Assembly: GCA_951804945.1 (NCBI GenBank)
Contig: OX638152.1
Coordinates: 96,534,001 to 96,598,000, forward strand
Source of the DNA: Podarcis cretensis
Taxonomy: Eukaryota
Reading direction: 5' to 3'
Length of the DNA: 64,000 bases
Shown here: positions 47,160-60,350 of the stretch, piece by piece
How positions within the stretch are numbered: position 1 is the first letter of the stretch
Layout of the letters: every line of letters starts with the position of its first letter
Position numbers and translations under genes: made by a program
The notes under the pieces: generated by a model
What the model saw: the letters and a program-made list of their open reading frames with translations, nothing else
The model's database searches: none
Told to the model about the DNA's origin: nothing

Positions 47160-47764
47160 TAAAGTGGTTGTACTTCAGGGTTAACCGGCCTTTCTTTAAA
47201 ATACAGCACAACCTCTCCCCTCCATGAGCAACTCGCTTGCCACTGCATGTTGAACATCTGCAAATCCCAAACAAGTGTGAGCATGCAAGGCTTAGGCGCC
47301 CATAAAAAAGTCTGGTTTTATTATTTCCCCGAATTGCATGTGTTTTGTGTACATTATGAAAAAAATGCCAACATTTGTGGTGGAAACATGTAACCTTTGT
47401 ATACAACTGTGTTGCTAGAAAGAAGTTCGTGTTATAGCTTCTTTTGCCATGGCTCTATTGATTTCTGCATTGCAGCATTACTTTAAAATAAGGATATTTA
47501 GTGAAGCATGAATCATAGATGACTACATATGTAAAATGTCTCCCAACACTTCTGCTTTCTGAAATGCTGCAAGAACACCATGCACTTTGGTACATTTCAG
47601 CACACTGTATCTTTATTCTGGAAGACACATGGAATGGCCTCTTTTCTCTACCGACTTCAAAGATTTCCAGTTTAAAATAATATGTGCACATATTGGGGCT
47701 GGGAACAAACCCTGGATCTCACCAGTTTCTGACAGGTGATTTGTTGGTGCAGTGACAACATTAC

Positions 47765-47926
47765 CAGTGTTAGAAACTCAGATACATAAGCTAGGCACCA
47801 AATGGCGCCTTAAACCATGGTTACAGTTACCAAAGCAGAATGCCTAGTTGCCATTTGGAGGCCAGGCGGCTTGAAAGTCATATTTTTTCAATACAACTTT
47901 GGGGTTCCTGAAATTCATTCTGATTG
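47765..47926 (-). mobile_element. Right part of the same unclassified DNA element, inverted
   Basis: Aligns to the reverse complement of 25649-25809. Confidence 0.65.
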
Positions 47927-48377
47927 GGCAGCTAAAATATAACAGATAGAATTCCACCGGATGTGTTGCTAGTGTGTGAAAACAGGCAAGAGAGTAGGTG
48001 CAAGGAGGAATAGAGAAAAGTATGGGCATAAATGGCCAAACCACTTTGCTCATGTGAACCAGGCTATCCCCCCCCTCTCTCCCCCCCACCCCCCGCCTTA
48101 TTGAAGCTCTTTAGAGATAAACATGTTGTGGGAAAGTACTAACATTTCAGTAGGTGGTTATATACTGGTGAACATTCTGTTCTTCATTTTGAAACATCAT
48201 GTGAAGCAACGCTGAAAGTAGCTAGAAAACTGGGCTAAAGATCCCCAAAATGAGCCACATTGCCAACTCTTCATTGTACCGTTTTTCAAATCCAAGATTC
48301 TGTATCAGTATATTAGGCATTATTGTTTTCCTTAAGATTGCAAAGGGCTTCAACCTTGTTTTTGTATCTAATTGCAG

Positions 48378-48615
48378 GTATGAGAAGGTGCCTGTAATCC
48401 TGGTTGGAAATAAAGTGGACCTGGAGAGTGAGAGGGAAGTTTCGTCAAATGAAGGCAGAGCCCTTGCTGAAGAATGGGGCTGTCCTTTTATGGAGACTTC
48501 TGCCAAAAGTAAAACAATGGTGGATGAACTCTTTGCAGAGATTGTCAGACAGATGAACTATGCCTCTCAGCCAGATAAAGATGATCCATGCTGTTCTGCA
48601 TGTAATATACAATAG
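48378..48615 (+). CDS. RAP2A: Ras-related protein Rap-2a, coding exon 2
   Basis: Acceptor CTAATTGCAG|G; [14 protein letters not shown] (G4), ETSAK (G5), C-terminal CCSACNIQ (palmitoylated Cys pair plus the CAAX typical of RAP2A rather than RAP2B/C); 314+238 nt = 183 aa + stop. Confidence 0.98.
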
Positions 48616-51009
48616 CATTCCAAATGATGGAATTGGACCTGATTTGCTGTATTTTTGGTAAGATGATACAACTGACTACTTCGCTTCGTGGTTTAAAATT
48701 GGGTCTCGGGGGATAAATCCAAAGTGGAGTGGCAGCATTAACTGCAAGCGGAACATTGAAGTTGATCAGTTTAGTGAAAGAATTTTGGATAAGCTACGGT
48801 TCACTTGCCTGCAGCACATCTCCTGCACCTGCAGATCTGTGACACAGCCAGCAGATTTACAGGGTGAGCACAAACAGTGTATGTTGGCTTTGTCAGACAA
48901 CAGCTGCTGCTTTAAGTTGTTGTTAATGGTGAATGGGAGAGCACCAGCAAAGACACCTTGCACTCTACATATTCTCCACTGATAAATACAGGTTAACAAA
49001 GTGTATGTGTCTGCATATTGAATTTCAGGACTTGTCACTTGTGGCCAAGTTTACTCAGTCAAATATGCTAATTCCATCTTTGACACAAGCGTTAGTAGGA
49101 TTATTGGCAAGTTGATGTAGTTGGTCCCCCCCACCCCCTTTAAATTTGATTCTTTTCTATTATCCCATCATGCGAAAAGGAAAATATTCCACCTGTACTT
49201 GAAAGTAAAGAGAGGAGCTCTGAAAAATCAACGGCTTGTGAAGAGAATAGTGGGACACTGGAATGTGTTAAATATTCTGCATTGGTATTCAGAAATGGTG
49301 GATTGCTTTGGATGCTGTTCAGTCAAGAAACCAAACAACCCTCTGTTTACAAAGTGGGAAATGTCTCCATCTCTTTACTGAAACAGGAAGAAGCAACTGT
49401 GATGGGGGTAAAAATTTGCTTAGCCTTACTAACAAGGAAATTTTAGCACATTAACAAGTACCACCTTGTAAGGAAAATGAAGCCATGTTGTATCCAGATG
49501 TTCCTTTTGCAGAAACCTCATGGGGACTGTCTGAGCATCCTGCATTTTTAAGTTTAAGGATACCAGTTTATTTCTTGCCTTTAAGGGCTACGTCTTTGAT
49601 GTGATACCTATGGAATTCAAATTTGCTATTTTATAGCTTTACTATTGGCAACTGGTTAATTGAATTAACTGTGCAAGTTACTTAGACTCAGAAGTTGAAT
49701 ACACAATGTTGTAATTCCATAGATTAGCAAGGAGAAGGTTCTTGTCTTCAGTTGCCTAACATGCTAGTCAGGTGCTGCCATACAGTGATCCTGTTGCCCT
49801 GGTTATTGCCGTGACAAATAGTGAGTGAAACATTGTTTTGAAATGGTGCTCAGCCTCTGGTCTTAATTTTCATAGCAGTGGAATACTTATAATTTGCATG
49901 ACTTAACAGCACCAGTTATATCTATTCTGATGTTCTACAATCAAGGAAGTTTCCAATCAGAATGACTAAGTTTGAAATGCTGGAGTGATCATGTTGAGCT
50001 GGACCTTTATGGATGATTTTGGCCTTTAAAATGCAATATCGCTGAGCCTGTGGTCCAAATACCACCCCACAGTTTGGTTTTGCAGTCTTGTGGAGTAGCT
50101 GTGTAGTTTCTTGTGTAGACGAGTGGAGAGGCCTGTATGTGTCTTGTGTGCGTGTCGGTGGGTGTGTGTGTGACTTTTTACAAATGCTGTAATGAACTTG
50201 AGTTCTGAGGTGTTTGCCTCCATCAGCAGAAAAACAACCTGCAATCTAAAGTGTGTCTAAAGAAACTGAATTCAGAAGCATTTTTTAAAAAGAAATATTG
50301 GCAACACTGGGCCACTTTATTTCTGACACTGTGGAACACGTTTAGTTTAGTTCACTTTCTAACAGTTTAAGAAAAATGATGGATGATTATAGGCCACTAT
50401 TGCCTTAGTCCTTGCATGGTTTTTTCTTTAAATCAAAAACGCAAAGAGTGTAATGCTAAACATGAGGTCCCACTCGAAAAATGTAGCTCCTTCCCAAGCA
50501 GCTTGCACAGCCTACAGAGTTGTGACACTTAATGCATATCGCATTGATAGCTTGCATGCGGAGAGGGGAACTGTCATGAGTTCATGATCCCTAAAAGGTT
50601 TCAGAAGGAATTGCTTTGTCTCTTAGGAAAATAACCAGCTTTACCATTGAAATAAATGAGATGGACAGATATAACCTAAACATTGATTACATTTTTTGCT
50701 TATTCCAAACATGGGTCCTGTCTTGCATGCCAAGTAGTTTATGCAGTCATAACAGTGACATAAGTAAGATGACTGAAAGACATAAATAGCATTTTTGGTA
50801 AAAAATAATAATAATGGGCATGCTTTTAATGTGGAAATCATTGCATAATGTGGTGGATTTGAACAGAAAAGTACTTCCTTGATAATGCTTATTGCTGTTT
50901 TTTAGAGACAAAGCATTGTGTATTCCCACAAATTGTAACAGTTTTATGTGATGTGTAATTCTAAAGAGGCATACTGTGTGCTGCTTGGGTTCTGCTTACA
51001 TGGTTATAA

Positions 51010-51134
51010 TGCCCAACCTGGTGCCCACCAGATGTTTTGGACTACAAATCCCATGATTCCCAGCCAGTATGGCCAGCGGTAAGAGAAAATGGGAGTTGTT
51101 GTTCAAAACTTCTGGAGGACATCATGCTGGGGAA
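51010..51134. mobile_element. Degenerate palindromic hAT MITE (same type as 42099-42233)
   Basis: CCAGATGTTTTGGACTACAAATCCCAT / ATGGGAGTTGTTGTTCAAAACTTCTGG arms. Confidence 0.75.
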
Positions 51135-52542
51135 ATCTACTATAGTGGGACATTAAAGGATGGACTTGGCTAAAATATTTTAAATTGGCAGGAGAGCTGC
51201 AGTTACTTACATTGACATGGGATTTCGCCCCCATGTCATGTGTTTAGGCCAGCAGAGTGAGTCACAGGTCAAATGGGTGTCTTGTGTCACCAGTTATCTA
51301 GTGCCAATTCAAGAGGTGCCATTGCTCCTGTGTTGATTTCTCCCTCCCCTCTTTCTAGCCTATTCCAGTGAGGGGCTTCTCCTGGACATGTCTCCGTTGC
51401 ATCAAGATTTTATCCCCGCCCCACCGCTGGCTGACCCTGAAGTTGTGCTTAGAATTAAGTCAGGTGATTGTCACCCCCCTCTAACCCAGACCACTTGCCA
51501 TTCCTAGACCCATGCCACTGGGTTAGTCACACTCTTCAAGTATAGACCCTGTAACTTCCTGAAACATATCGCAGTAGTGGCACTCCCTCATGTATAAATG
51601 CGCACTAGGGGCACACTGGCATGCATCAGTGCCATTATACATATTGGGAGTAGCTTGTTAAGGATGACTGCTTATTTTTGTATCCCAATCAGATTCCAAT
51701 GGTAGTAATTTTTTGGGGGGTATAACATGCCTTAAAATATTATAATTTAATCCAAAGACCTACTATTCTTCAGCTTTTCTTATAGAGCTTTGTATTTTTC
51801 TGCAGCTGGCATTTTTAAGTTTATATTGTCATATAAATGGTTGTAACTTCTTTTGAAAATAGAAGGGGAAAATAATTCCTCCTTTGCCCTTTGCAAACGT
51901 TAATCAAACCAGCATTAGTTCTAAAGGTTTTGTGGTTGGTTTGTTTCTTTAGGTAAGGTTACCCCCCCCCCCGCCCACCACCCCCAGCAAATATTCATAG
52001 CAGCTTTTCAGGACTTTTTCTTCTAATAGGACCAACAATATAACAGTCCTTTTACCTACACTCCTAATTCTAAAATTGCCATTAATGTCTGTGGGAAAAT
52101 GTACTGGTATTTACTTTTGTATGTAACACATGCTGCCTACTGTCATCTTAGGGTGGAGGGAAGCATGATTTTTCACCAGTGTGCAGTTGAAGCACCACTT
52201 GGACTGTAATTATAAAACTCCATGACAAAGCAAATTTGGCAGCTGCAGGAATTCTAATGTGCATTATTCCTCTGTCAGTTCTTGATCGAGGTTTCCAGAA
52301 ATGATTGCAGTGTGTTTTTGAAAACTAGGCTTAACCATTGACAATTTGGGATTTCCTAGAGTTGAATAAAGATATTTAACAGTTGATTGTTGAGCTCTGT
52401 TACAACTGATAACTGGGGAAAAAATGCAGCAAGTTTTATAAGGTGTCAGTTGTTTAAAACATGATGTTTCAAAATAAATCAAATTGTACATAGAACTCAA
52501 TGCAAACTCAGCAGTTGTATTTGGAGTTAAATTATTTTAACA

Positions 52543-52548
52543 AATAAA
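52543..52548 (+). terminator. Candidate distal polyadenylation signal of RAP2A
   Basis: AATAAA with upstream TGTA motifs and downstream GTCTGTTGGGGTTCTTT. Confidence 0.55.
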
Positions 52549-55500
52549 TTTATTTAATGAAACGTCTGTTGGGGTTCTTTGCACCATTCACTTCCTTCTT
52601 TTCTAGTGGAAATAAAAAAATACAAATCAAAGAGTGACATTCTTTACTATATTCTGCTTGTTCAGAATGCAGCTAGCTCTCGTCTGTCCTAGAAAGGAGC
52701 ACATTTGCCCTATATTTTTGGTGAGTGAAATTCAAAGTAGATCATTTTGGTAATGCTTTTGTAAGGCATCATATTTCCAAGAAGCACAAAAGGTTGAACT
52801 AAAATATCAGCAGTGCACAAAGGGTAATAAAACAGTCCACATACTGATATCAGCCAAGCCTTGATTTAAAAAGAAATGATGCACATCAAATCCACTATTT
52901 CTAGATGGTTACCTTTGGAGGAGCTTCTGTTGCAGTGCGCAGTGGTACAGTTAGCTTGGACCTGACAGTACAGTTTCGACAGTGGTAGTGCTAATGTTAA
53001 CACGATTGTTCCAGCCAACTGACATTGATTAGCAGTTGCATTGTAGTCATGCCAGTATGGATGAAATACCTCATTGTGTAAGATAGCAATGAGTATTGGG
53101 TGGTTTTTGTTTCGAAGCCATGTGGGCACTCAGGTGCCAAACACTAGAGGCTGGCACACATTGTGAGAACGATGTATTCCATGGCTAGGGCTGTGGAGAT
53201 TGACAAATGCTGCTAATTATACACAGCCGTCAGCTGGTCTTGCTACTGATAACTGGCCCATTCATTCTACAGTATAGACCCATTTCCACTGCAGTTTTGG
53301 CCCAAGTCCTTTTGGAGGCCTCTGGTAGCATTCCACCCATTTAGCAATATATGTGTGTGTTTTGCAAATGAGAGTCACTATATAGGGTCCTGCAGACTAC
53401 GAGTTCTTGTCTCCTCTCATCCTCCGCCTACCCATGAGGTTTAACATTTTTATAAAGTCTCCAAGAATGCTTTTTCAACAAAAAAATTAAATGGTACACA
53501 TTAGTTTACAGCAATTTAAAAAAAAAAAAATGCACAATGAAACCACATATTACTGTTAAACTGTTTTCTTCAATGAAAAATGTCAAAATAAAATCTTGAT
53601 AACTGTTTGATTTTCTACTGATTTGTAAATCAAGGGATTATTGACATTTGATTTTAATATTTTCCCATGTATTCCAGAAAATAAAATTTTAAACCCCCCT
53701 TTCAAGCTTCATAGTGCATCAACCAATCCAGCAAATGACCTATTTGTTGCCTTCTAACTGATGCAGCTGTAAATATTGCACAGGCATCTACAGAGAACTC
53801 AATGGATTGCTTGCTTATAGGACTCACTTTCTGATAGAGTTGTGCCAATTACAATCAGTAAGTTGCAATGTGTTAAGCTGAATTACTGGTTTGGTATTTT
53901 ACATCATGATACTCACATGGTGATTGCTGCTTTGGGACATCACAATGGTCCTATTCAAATAATTATGTTGCATTCTCCACTGAGTGGGGAGTTGGCTGGA
54001 TGACTTCTAAGGTCCCTTATGACTTTAAGATTCCTTAGTGATCGTTGTTACTGAAAACCTATTTCTCTTATCAGGACTGAATTTTGATCTGTTTGCTAAT
54101 TATTTTGTATCTGTTTTTATAGTGTTGCAAACTTTACAGTTATAAAAATTAAACAATGGTTTATGCATTTAGTTGGCTGGGGTGTGTTTACAGATACCCC
54201 TAAATTTATATTCTGCTGGTCATCAAAACTTCTAAATTCTTATGAAACCGAAGGCTGGGTTGAAATCTCCCCTTCCCAGTTGTGGAATATATTCTCCTAT
54301 GAAAGCAGCCAAGTTTCTGCTGTTTGGGGAACAGGATAAATTTCTGTATTTTTTAGGGTGTTGCCACTGACCCTTACTGGTTGTCACTGTGAAGTGTGGG
54401 TAACAGGAAGCTATGGGAAAAGCCGTATGCCACTTCCTACTGCCAAACGTGGAATGGCTTGGGAGCGGCATTCTGCAATGTGGCATGGTGACCCTGTGAA
54501 AAAAGCAAAGAGACGGGAATGCCAAACCCCCTCCTGAAAAATTTAAAGACATTTATTTCCCTCCCCTCGTGATTTTGCAGAGGGAGTTCATTCAACCACC
54601 TTAACAAATAGTCAAAAAAGAAATTTTGGGGACAGTTCTAATAAAAACTTCAAATGTCAGGCACAGTCGTCACTGCTACCTTCTACTCAGGAGTGGATAC
54701 TTCTTCTAAGGCTGCTGCCAAATGTGTGTTATCTAAAATATGCTTTCTTCAATTCAATGTCTTGCTTTATTCATATGCAAATGTGTTCACATTTAATTCG
54801 ATTAAAAGTCACAACCAGCTAATTCATTATCTCTTTAATTGGGTGACAGCCCCACTCTGAAGGTAAATTACCATTGAGACTGTCAGAGAAGGACTTTATC
54901 TTGGAGATGGAAATGCAAAACCCTGGATGGCGACTGTTTCCAGTTAGGAGAAGGTAAACTAAAACAAGATGTGACAGTTCTGCATTTTAGGGAGGATGTG
55001 TCTTGGAGGGGCTGGTGGTTGGTTTGGTTTTTTTTTTGCATTGATGCTTTCACAACAATAACATCCTTAACATTTAGTTTGTGTATTCAGTATGGTGTTT
55101 CATCCCTATCTTGGTTTTGAACAGATCCCTTGAATACTGTGCTTGCTAGCCTACATCATCTGCCTTGTGGAGGTCACCCAGTAATAATGTGTTGATTTGG
55201 ATCCAAGCAATTGTGTGCAGGATTCTGTTTCTGTGCTAGGATTTTTCTTAGATTTTCCATTCCTTTAAGCCAGCTACCTAAGTGGTCCTAAAACAAAAGT
55301 AAATAATTAGATTGCAAGTAAAAAGAAAATATTGGACCCAAGCTTTTCAGCAATACTAGGCAGATATAACTGGTGAACGGTCAATCTCTAAGCTACTAGA
55401 ACAGGATCCCTGTGTATCTGTCATACTTGAGAGCCTCAATGAAATCTAATACAAGAAATAAAACAGAACATGATAAATGGATATATTATCAATACTTCAT

Positions 55501-56939
55501 AAAATTAGAATATTCGAAGAGAGCATAAATCAACTTTAATGCGAAGACAGCATCGTCTAACAATAAAATTGTAACATTTAAAAGTCTAATGTCTTCAAAA
55601 GGATCCAAGGGTAGCATTTTAGTTTCCCAGCTGCTCAGTGGGAGACTGGTTTTGACTGTTTCATTGTTGTGCATGGAAATCAAATCTTCAAGGAATCTGG
55701 CTGCATAGGTTTGATGTATCAGTGTTGGAATTTCTGAGCTGCATTGGTCTTTCAAGTACAGGGCTGGCCCAAGGGCAAAATGGTGCCCCTCTCTCCATTT
55801 TCCATATAGAAGTCACACGAAAGCTAGTGACAGGATAGTAACCTCTTATGCAAGTAGATAATTTTAGTTGGCCTTTTCTGAACCACATTACCCAAAGACG
55901 CTCAAGTTATTTTGGCACCTGGGCCAGAAAATCCCCTCAAGCACTCCTCCCCTCTGGAAATAAGAATAATAATCAATTGAACGATTTTGCTGCTCTTTCA
56001 TGATGACCAAAATCAGCTTCCTGAACCAGTTGCCTGATGGTTATCCCTTGACATTATGCATTTTGATGACTGAGGCTGCAGGGAGAGGGTGAGGGCTTAG
56101 TTGACATGCCGCAACCTTGTGGATCACAGTACCTGGAACCACCTAAGTGCTATTAACTCATTCTCCCGTCCTCGAAATGTCCATTGGGCGAGTGGGAGAG
56201 TTGGCCCCTTATCCCCCACCATTTTGTAAGACTTCCACCTGTTGGCGGTTGAACTTCTGCAGCACGAAGCCTTTTCTCTTGCATACGTTTTCCATACATG
56301 ATCTACAACTCAGGAAAATTGGGGTTCTAAATGGTGCAGACTGTCTACTGGCGTGCAGCAGGTTCCCTGCTGCAGGCATTCAGCACCCAACACACTGGGG
56401 GGGGGGGTGCAGAAGCAACAGTAACAGGAATGTGCAGGCAGATTCATCCCCACTCTTTTTTCCCTTGCCCAATAGTAATCGGATGGAGGAGAGTAGAAGG
56501 TGGAGAAGAATAAACAAGGCTCCTGGAAATGTAATTGAGGTGCATTGGGTTGGGCGCTGCTTTGATTTTCATGCTTTTGGTTATTGAGGTCAACCGTAGA
56601 AGCTACCAGCAGCCACAAGTCTCGATTTGTTCGTAGAAGCTTTAACATATGAGTCCTCAAAAGTAATATTTAATGTTATTTTACAGGCACACGGGCCTAT
56701 GCTGGTGCTGTTTAGCCAGTTACGCAAGTAGAAAGACATTGTGTAGCAATGATGTTCCTGAAACCTGTTTTGTCAAGGTGGAGCACTTGTAAGGTGTCAG
56801 CTGGGAAATCAAGGTCTTAACTTGCAAACTCTGTTCCAAAGCCAAAACACAGGCCGTTTCCAGCATATCTCTTTACATGGAAAGGATATTTGTGCTTAAA
56901 TTAGTTTGGTAAAACTAAAATTGTGATGCCAAATAATTA

Positions 56940-57310
56940 AAGGTAAAGGTACCCCTGCCCGTACGGGCCAGTCTTGACAGACTCTGGGGTTGTGCGCCCA
57001 TCTCACTTAAGAGGCCAGGGGCCAGCGCTGTCCGGAGACACTTCCGGGTCACGTGGCCAGCGTGACATCGCTGCTCTGGCCAGAGCCAGAGCCAGAGCCA
57101 GAGCCGCACACGGAAACGCCGTTTACCTTCCCGCTAGTAAGCGGTCCCTATTTATCTACTTGCACCCGGAGGTGCTTTCGAACTGCTAGGTTGGCAGGCG
57201 CTGGGACCGAGCAGCGGGAGCGCACCCCGCCGCAGGGATTCGAACCGCCGACCTTTCGATCGGCAAGCCCTAGGCGCTGAGGCTTTAACCCACAGCGCCA
57301 CCTGCGTCCC
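56940..57310 (-). mobile_element. Sauria SINE, full length, young (same subfamily as 713-1075)
   Basis: Near-identical to 713-1075; 12-bp TSD GCCAAATAATTA (56928-56939, 57311-57322). Confidence 0.95.
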
Positions 57311-59233
57311 GCCAAATAATTAGGCAACATGATTTAGAAGAGTTCCCCCCTCCCCTTCTCTCACACAGGAGAGAGGCTTCTTCTAAGACAGCATTTGAGA
57401 AACAAATACTGCATAAAAACATTTTTTAAAAGTAAAACATTTAATGTTTTTTAAGACATTTTAAATTATTATAATATGCCTTTTAATTTTATGCAAATTT
57501 ATCCACTGATTAATTCCAATTCATGTGATTAAGATTTCTTAAATACAGTATCTGATACCATGGCGGCATGTAACCTCGATCAAAGAAACTCGTTCTCTGT
57601 TCAGATTGACCATAACAAATTGTACACAAATCATGAAGAGGCAAAGAAAACTGTCTGACAACCCAGTCCTATTGCTTGATGAGTTTTTAACCGCTGCACC
57701 CAAAACAGGGTGTGTTGTAACAACAAAAGCTTCATTTTAACCCAGGCAAATTAGCCAGACATTTTTCTTTCAACTCACCTTAAAGAGCCTTACAATAACA
57801 CTGATTAACTGAGGTCCTCTGGTTCATTTATCAGCTACTGTCAGTTCTTGGTCTGATTAACGATTGGGGAACATGTGGTACCTTAGATGCTGTTGAACCC
57901 CAGTTACCATCAGTTCCAGCTCACATGGTCAGAGATGGTAGGGGCTCTAGCAAGAGTGAGAGAGCCCAGGTTTCTCATCCACTTCTTAGTATCTCCTTTA
58001 AGAGAGTGGTCCATCCAACAGCAGATGACATGGTGGGGCTCAACCACTCACCCAACTTCCCACCAGCTAAGCCTCTACTGCATACTGGGACAGAGGAAGA
58101 AGGACGAAGAGGCCACAAGGTTGGTACAGCGAAAACATGCCAGCAGGAAAGCCAGATTGGCTCCACCAGCACATTTGCACTGTGCTGACCTCATGGCCTC
58201 CTCCCCTCCCTCCTCTCTGTCCTGTTATGAAGCTGCTACTCAGCTGGCAGGAGATCGTTTTGGATCCTGCGCTTAGTAGCTTCTGCAGAAAAACACACGC
58301 AGTGTTGATGAGGCTACCCAAAGGAGTTATTTTAAAAATATTTTAGGACCTTGCAAACAGAGGGCAATTAGTATGTTGTCAACATTTTTCATTAAAAAAA
58401 TTAATGCACAAACTGAAGACTATTCTTTGTACATCTTGAAAATATTGAACTTGTATGACAAGTCCTTTGAATGAGAGCACTTCTGCAAAAACCTAACTCT
58501 TAAAGCAACTAAAAGACAAATTGTTTTCCCTGAAGAAGTAATATTTGATGCATCTTTTTGAGTGTCATCTTGTTTTGTCTTGTATATTATCTAATTGCAA
58601 GAATGTTTTCAGATGGATTAATTATTTACATAGCACTGTACCCCTTGACCCCTTGTAAAAATGTCCCCAAACTTTCTTTTTTGTTTCTTCAGCTTTGCCC
58701 AAATTCTGATAATTAAGAATAATTAGCAATCTGTCCTTTTTTGCTAACTACTAGGATCCTGGATGTTCTGAGCATGTTCACTAACAATTAAGTAATGGCT
58801 AATTTTTACCAATATTTAATAGTTCTTATTAATTATCAATTAATGAATAATTCAGTTAACCACTCTTCTCCTGAATGCCACCCCCCAAAAAAACTTCACA
58901 GTGTGTAATTGGAACAAACTATACAACCTTAGAAGGATGCTTGTGGATTTCGGATGGTCCAAAAAAATTTATGTGAAATGAACCTGATTTGCAGTTCCTG
59001 GGTTGGAACGGAGTTTTCATTTGTCTTCCACACTTGTTCAAATTTTGCAACAGAGTTTCCAACTCAGAAAGCATACCAAAATGAAGGGAAACGAATTCAT
59101 CTGTTTGGTTCTGAAGACTGGGAAAATATTGCAGAAAACCGGAAGTCCTTTTTCTCTGCATGACAGGCTCCAGCAGATTGAGCAGCTAAAACCAACAGTT
59201 GTTCCAGGGTTCAAGAAGGCAATTTCCCACATA

Positions 59234-59648
59234 TGTTGTAGTGGGAAGTGAAAGGCAGAAGGGGCTCATCGGCCTTGGGAAGGTAGCCCACCTAGGAGAA
59301 GGAAAACGGATCCTAAACCTCTGATAACCTTGCAGGATATTTTTGGGAGACAAAAAGGCTAAGGCGTAGACCCTACACAAATCCATAGTGGAGTCCCTAA
59401 GATGGCTGGATAGCATGTTGTATGCCTCCTTCCAGCAACTCCTGTAGTCAAGTTGGTACCCAACTTATTGCTCTGTTTTCCTTTGGACCACATCAGTGAG
59501 GTCTTGTCATCGGGGCAACCCAGGACCTCCATACACACTGCCCAGGCTTGCATCCCAGGGAAGTCACTTTGGTGCTGCTAACACAGCAGTTTGACTTCAC
59601 TTCTGGAGGCACACTCCAGAGTCTCTTGAGACAGACGGACACCAACAA
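59234..59648 (+). mobile_element. Probable non-autonomous RTE-clade-derived retroposon
   Basis: CTAGGAGAAGGAAAAC...AAACCT motif that I recall from RTE-clade 5' regions; GAGTCTCTTGAGAC stem-loop and short CAACAA end; no ORF. Confidence 0.45.
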
Positions 59649-60350
59649 AATTGGAAAGGGCCAATGACAGGAGGAGATACCGTACCAGTTGATAACTCTA
59701 TGTAGCGGAGAGAGAGACTCTCAAGCCCAGGGATGGAGGCCCTCCCTTGTTCCTGCCTTGAGTGGTTTTGCCTGGCTGGACTGTGCCCTTGAACTACAAT
59801 GACTTATTGAATCTAAATTATGAAGAAATTGATAGCTAGAAATACAGACACAAACTCATTCAAACATTGAAATGCTGCTTTCTCCATCTCGGTATGCATT
59901 CGCATGGCATTTAGCCTTCTCTTCTGGCAATTGGTGAGAAAGGGAATAGAAAGTTTAGTTGCATGGTCTTTCTAAAAGAAACAGCATGCCCCTCTTTTTA
60001 TCGACCTACATGGTGTGCATAAGCCACTGCCAGTCATTCTGGGGTGAGCAAAGCTTGTGGCGTTAGCCTTTGCATGGCTGCAGCTTCAGGTAGTTAAATC
60101 TTTTCCACCAGTGGCACTACAATCACGTTAGATAATCATAATTGGATTTTGACATTGCGCATCCTGTGTGCCTTGTCATTCAGAGCAAGATAAATATATC
60201 AACGGAGGGAGGAAATGATTTTCAATAGTCACACCCCGATAATCATTTCATTCACTGAAACCTATTATTACTATTAAATAGCAGTGGTTATCTTTTCAGG
60301 CTATGGCCTGTGAAGACCAGCTTGTGCCAAGTAGATCCAGTTTCACTATT

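Larger units (their letters stand above)
48616..52570 (+). other. RAP2A: RAP2A 3' UTR (3' end approximate)
   Basis: Follows the TAG stop; largely repeat-free and AU-rich; clustered AATAAA at ~52365, ~52473 and 52543. Confidence 0.65.

Noticed and set aside
48250-48377. N-terminal part of the 121-aa track ORF preceding RAP2A exon 2
   Set aside because: Intronic read-back upstream of the acceptor; RAP2A homology starts at 48378
56147-56660. 146-aa (+) and 116-aa (-) ORFs downstream of RAP2A
   Set aside because: No recognisable protein features; include a homopolymer G run; consistent with chance
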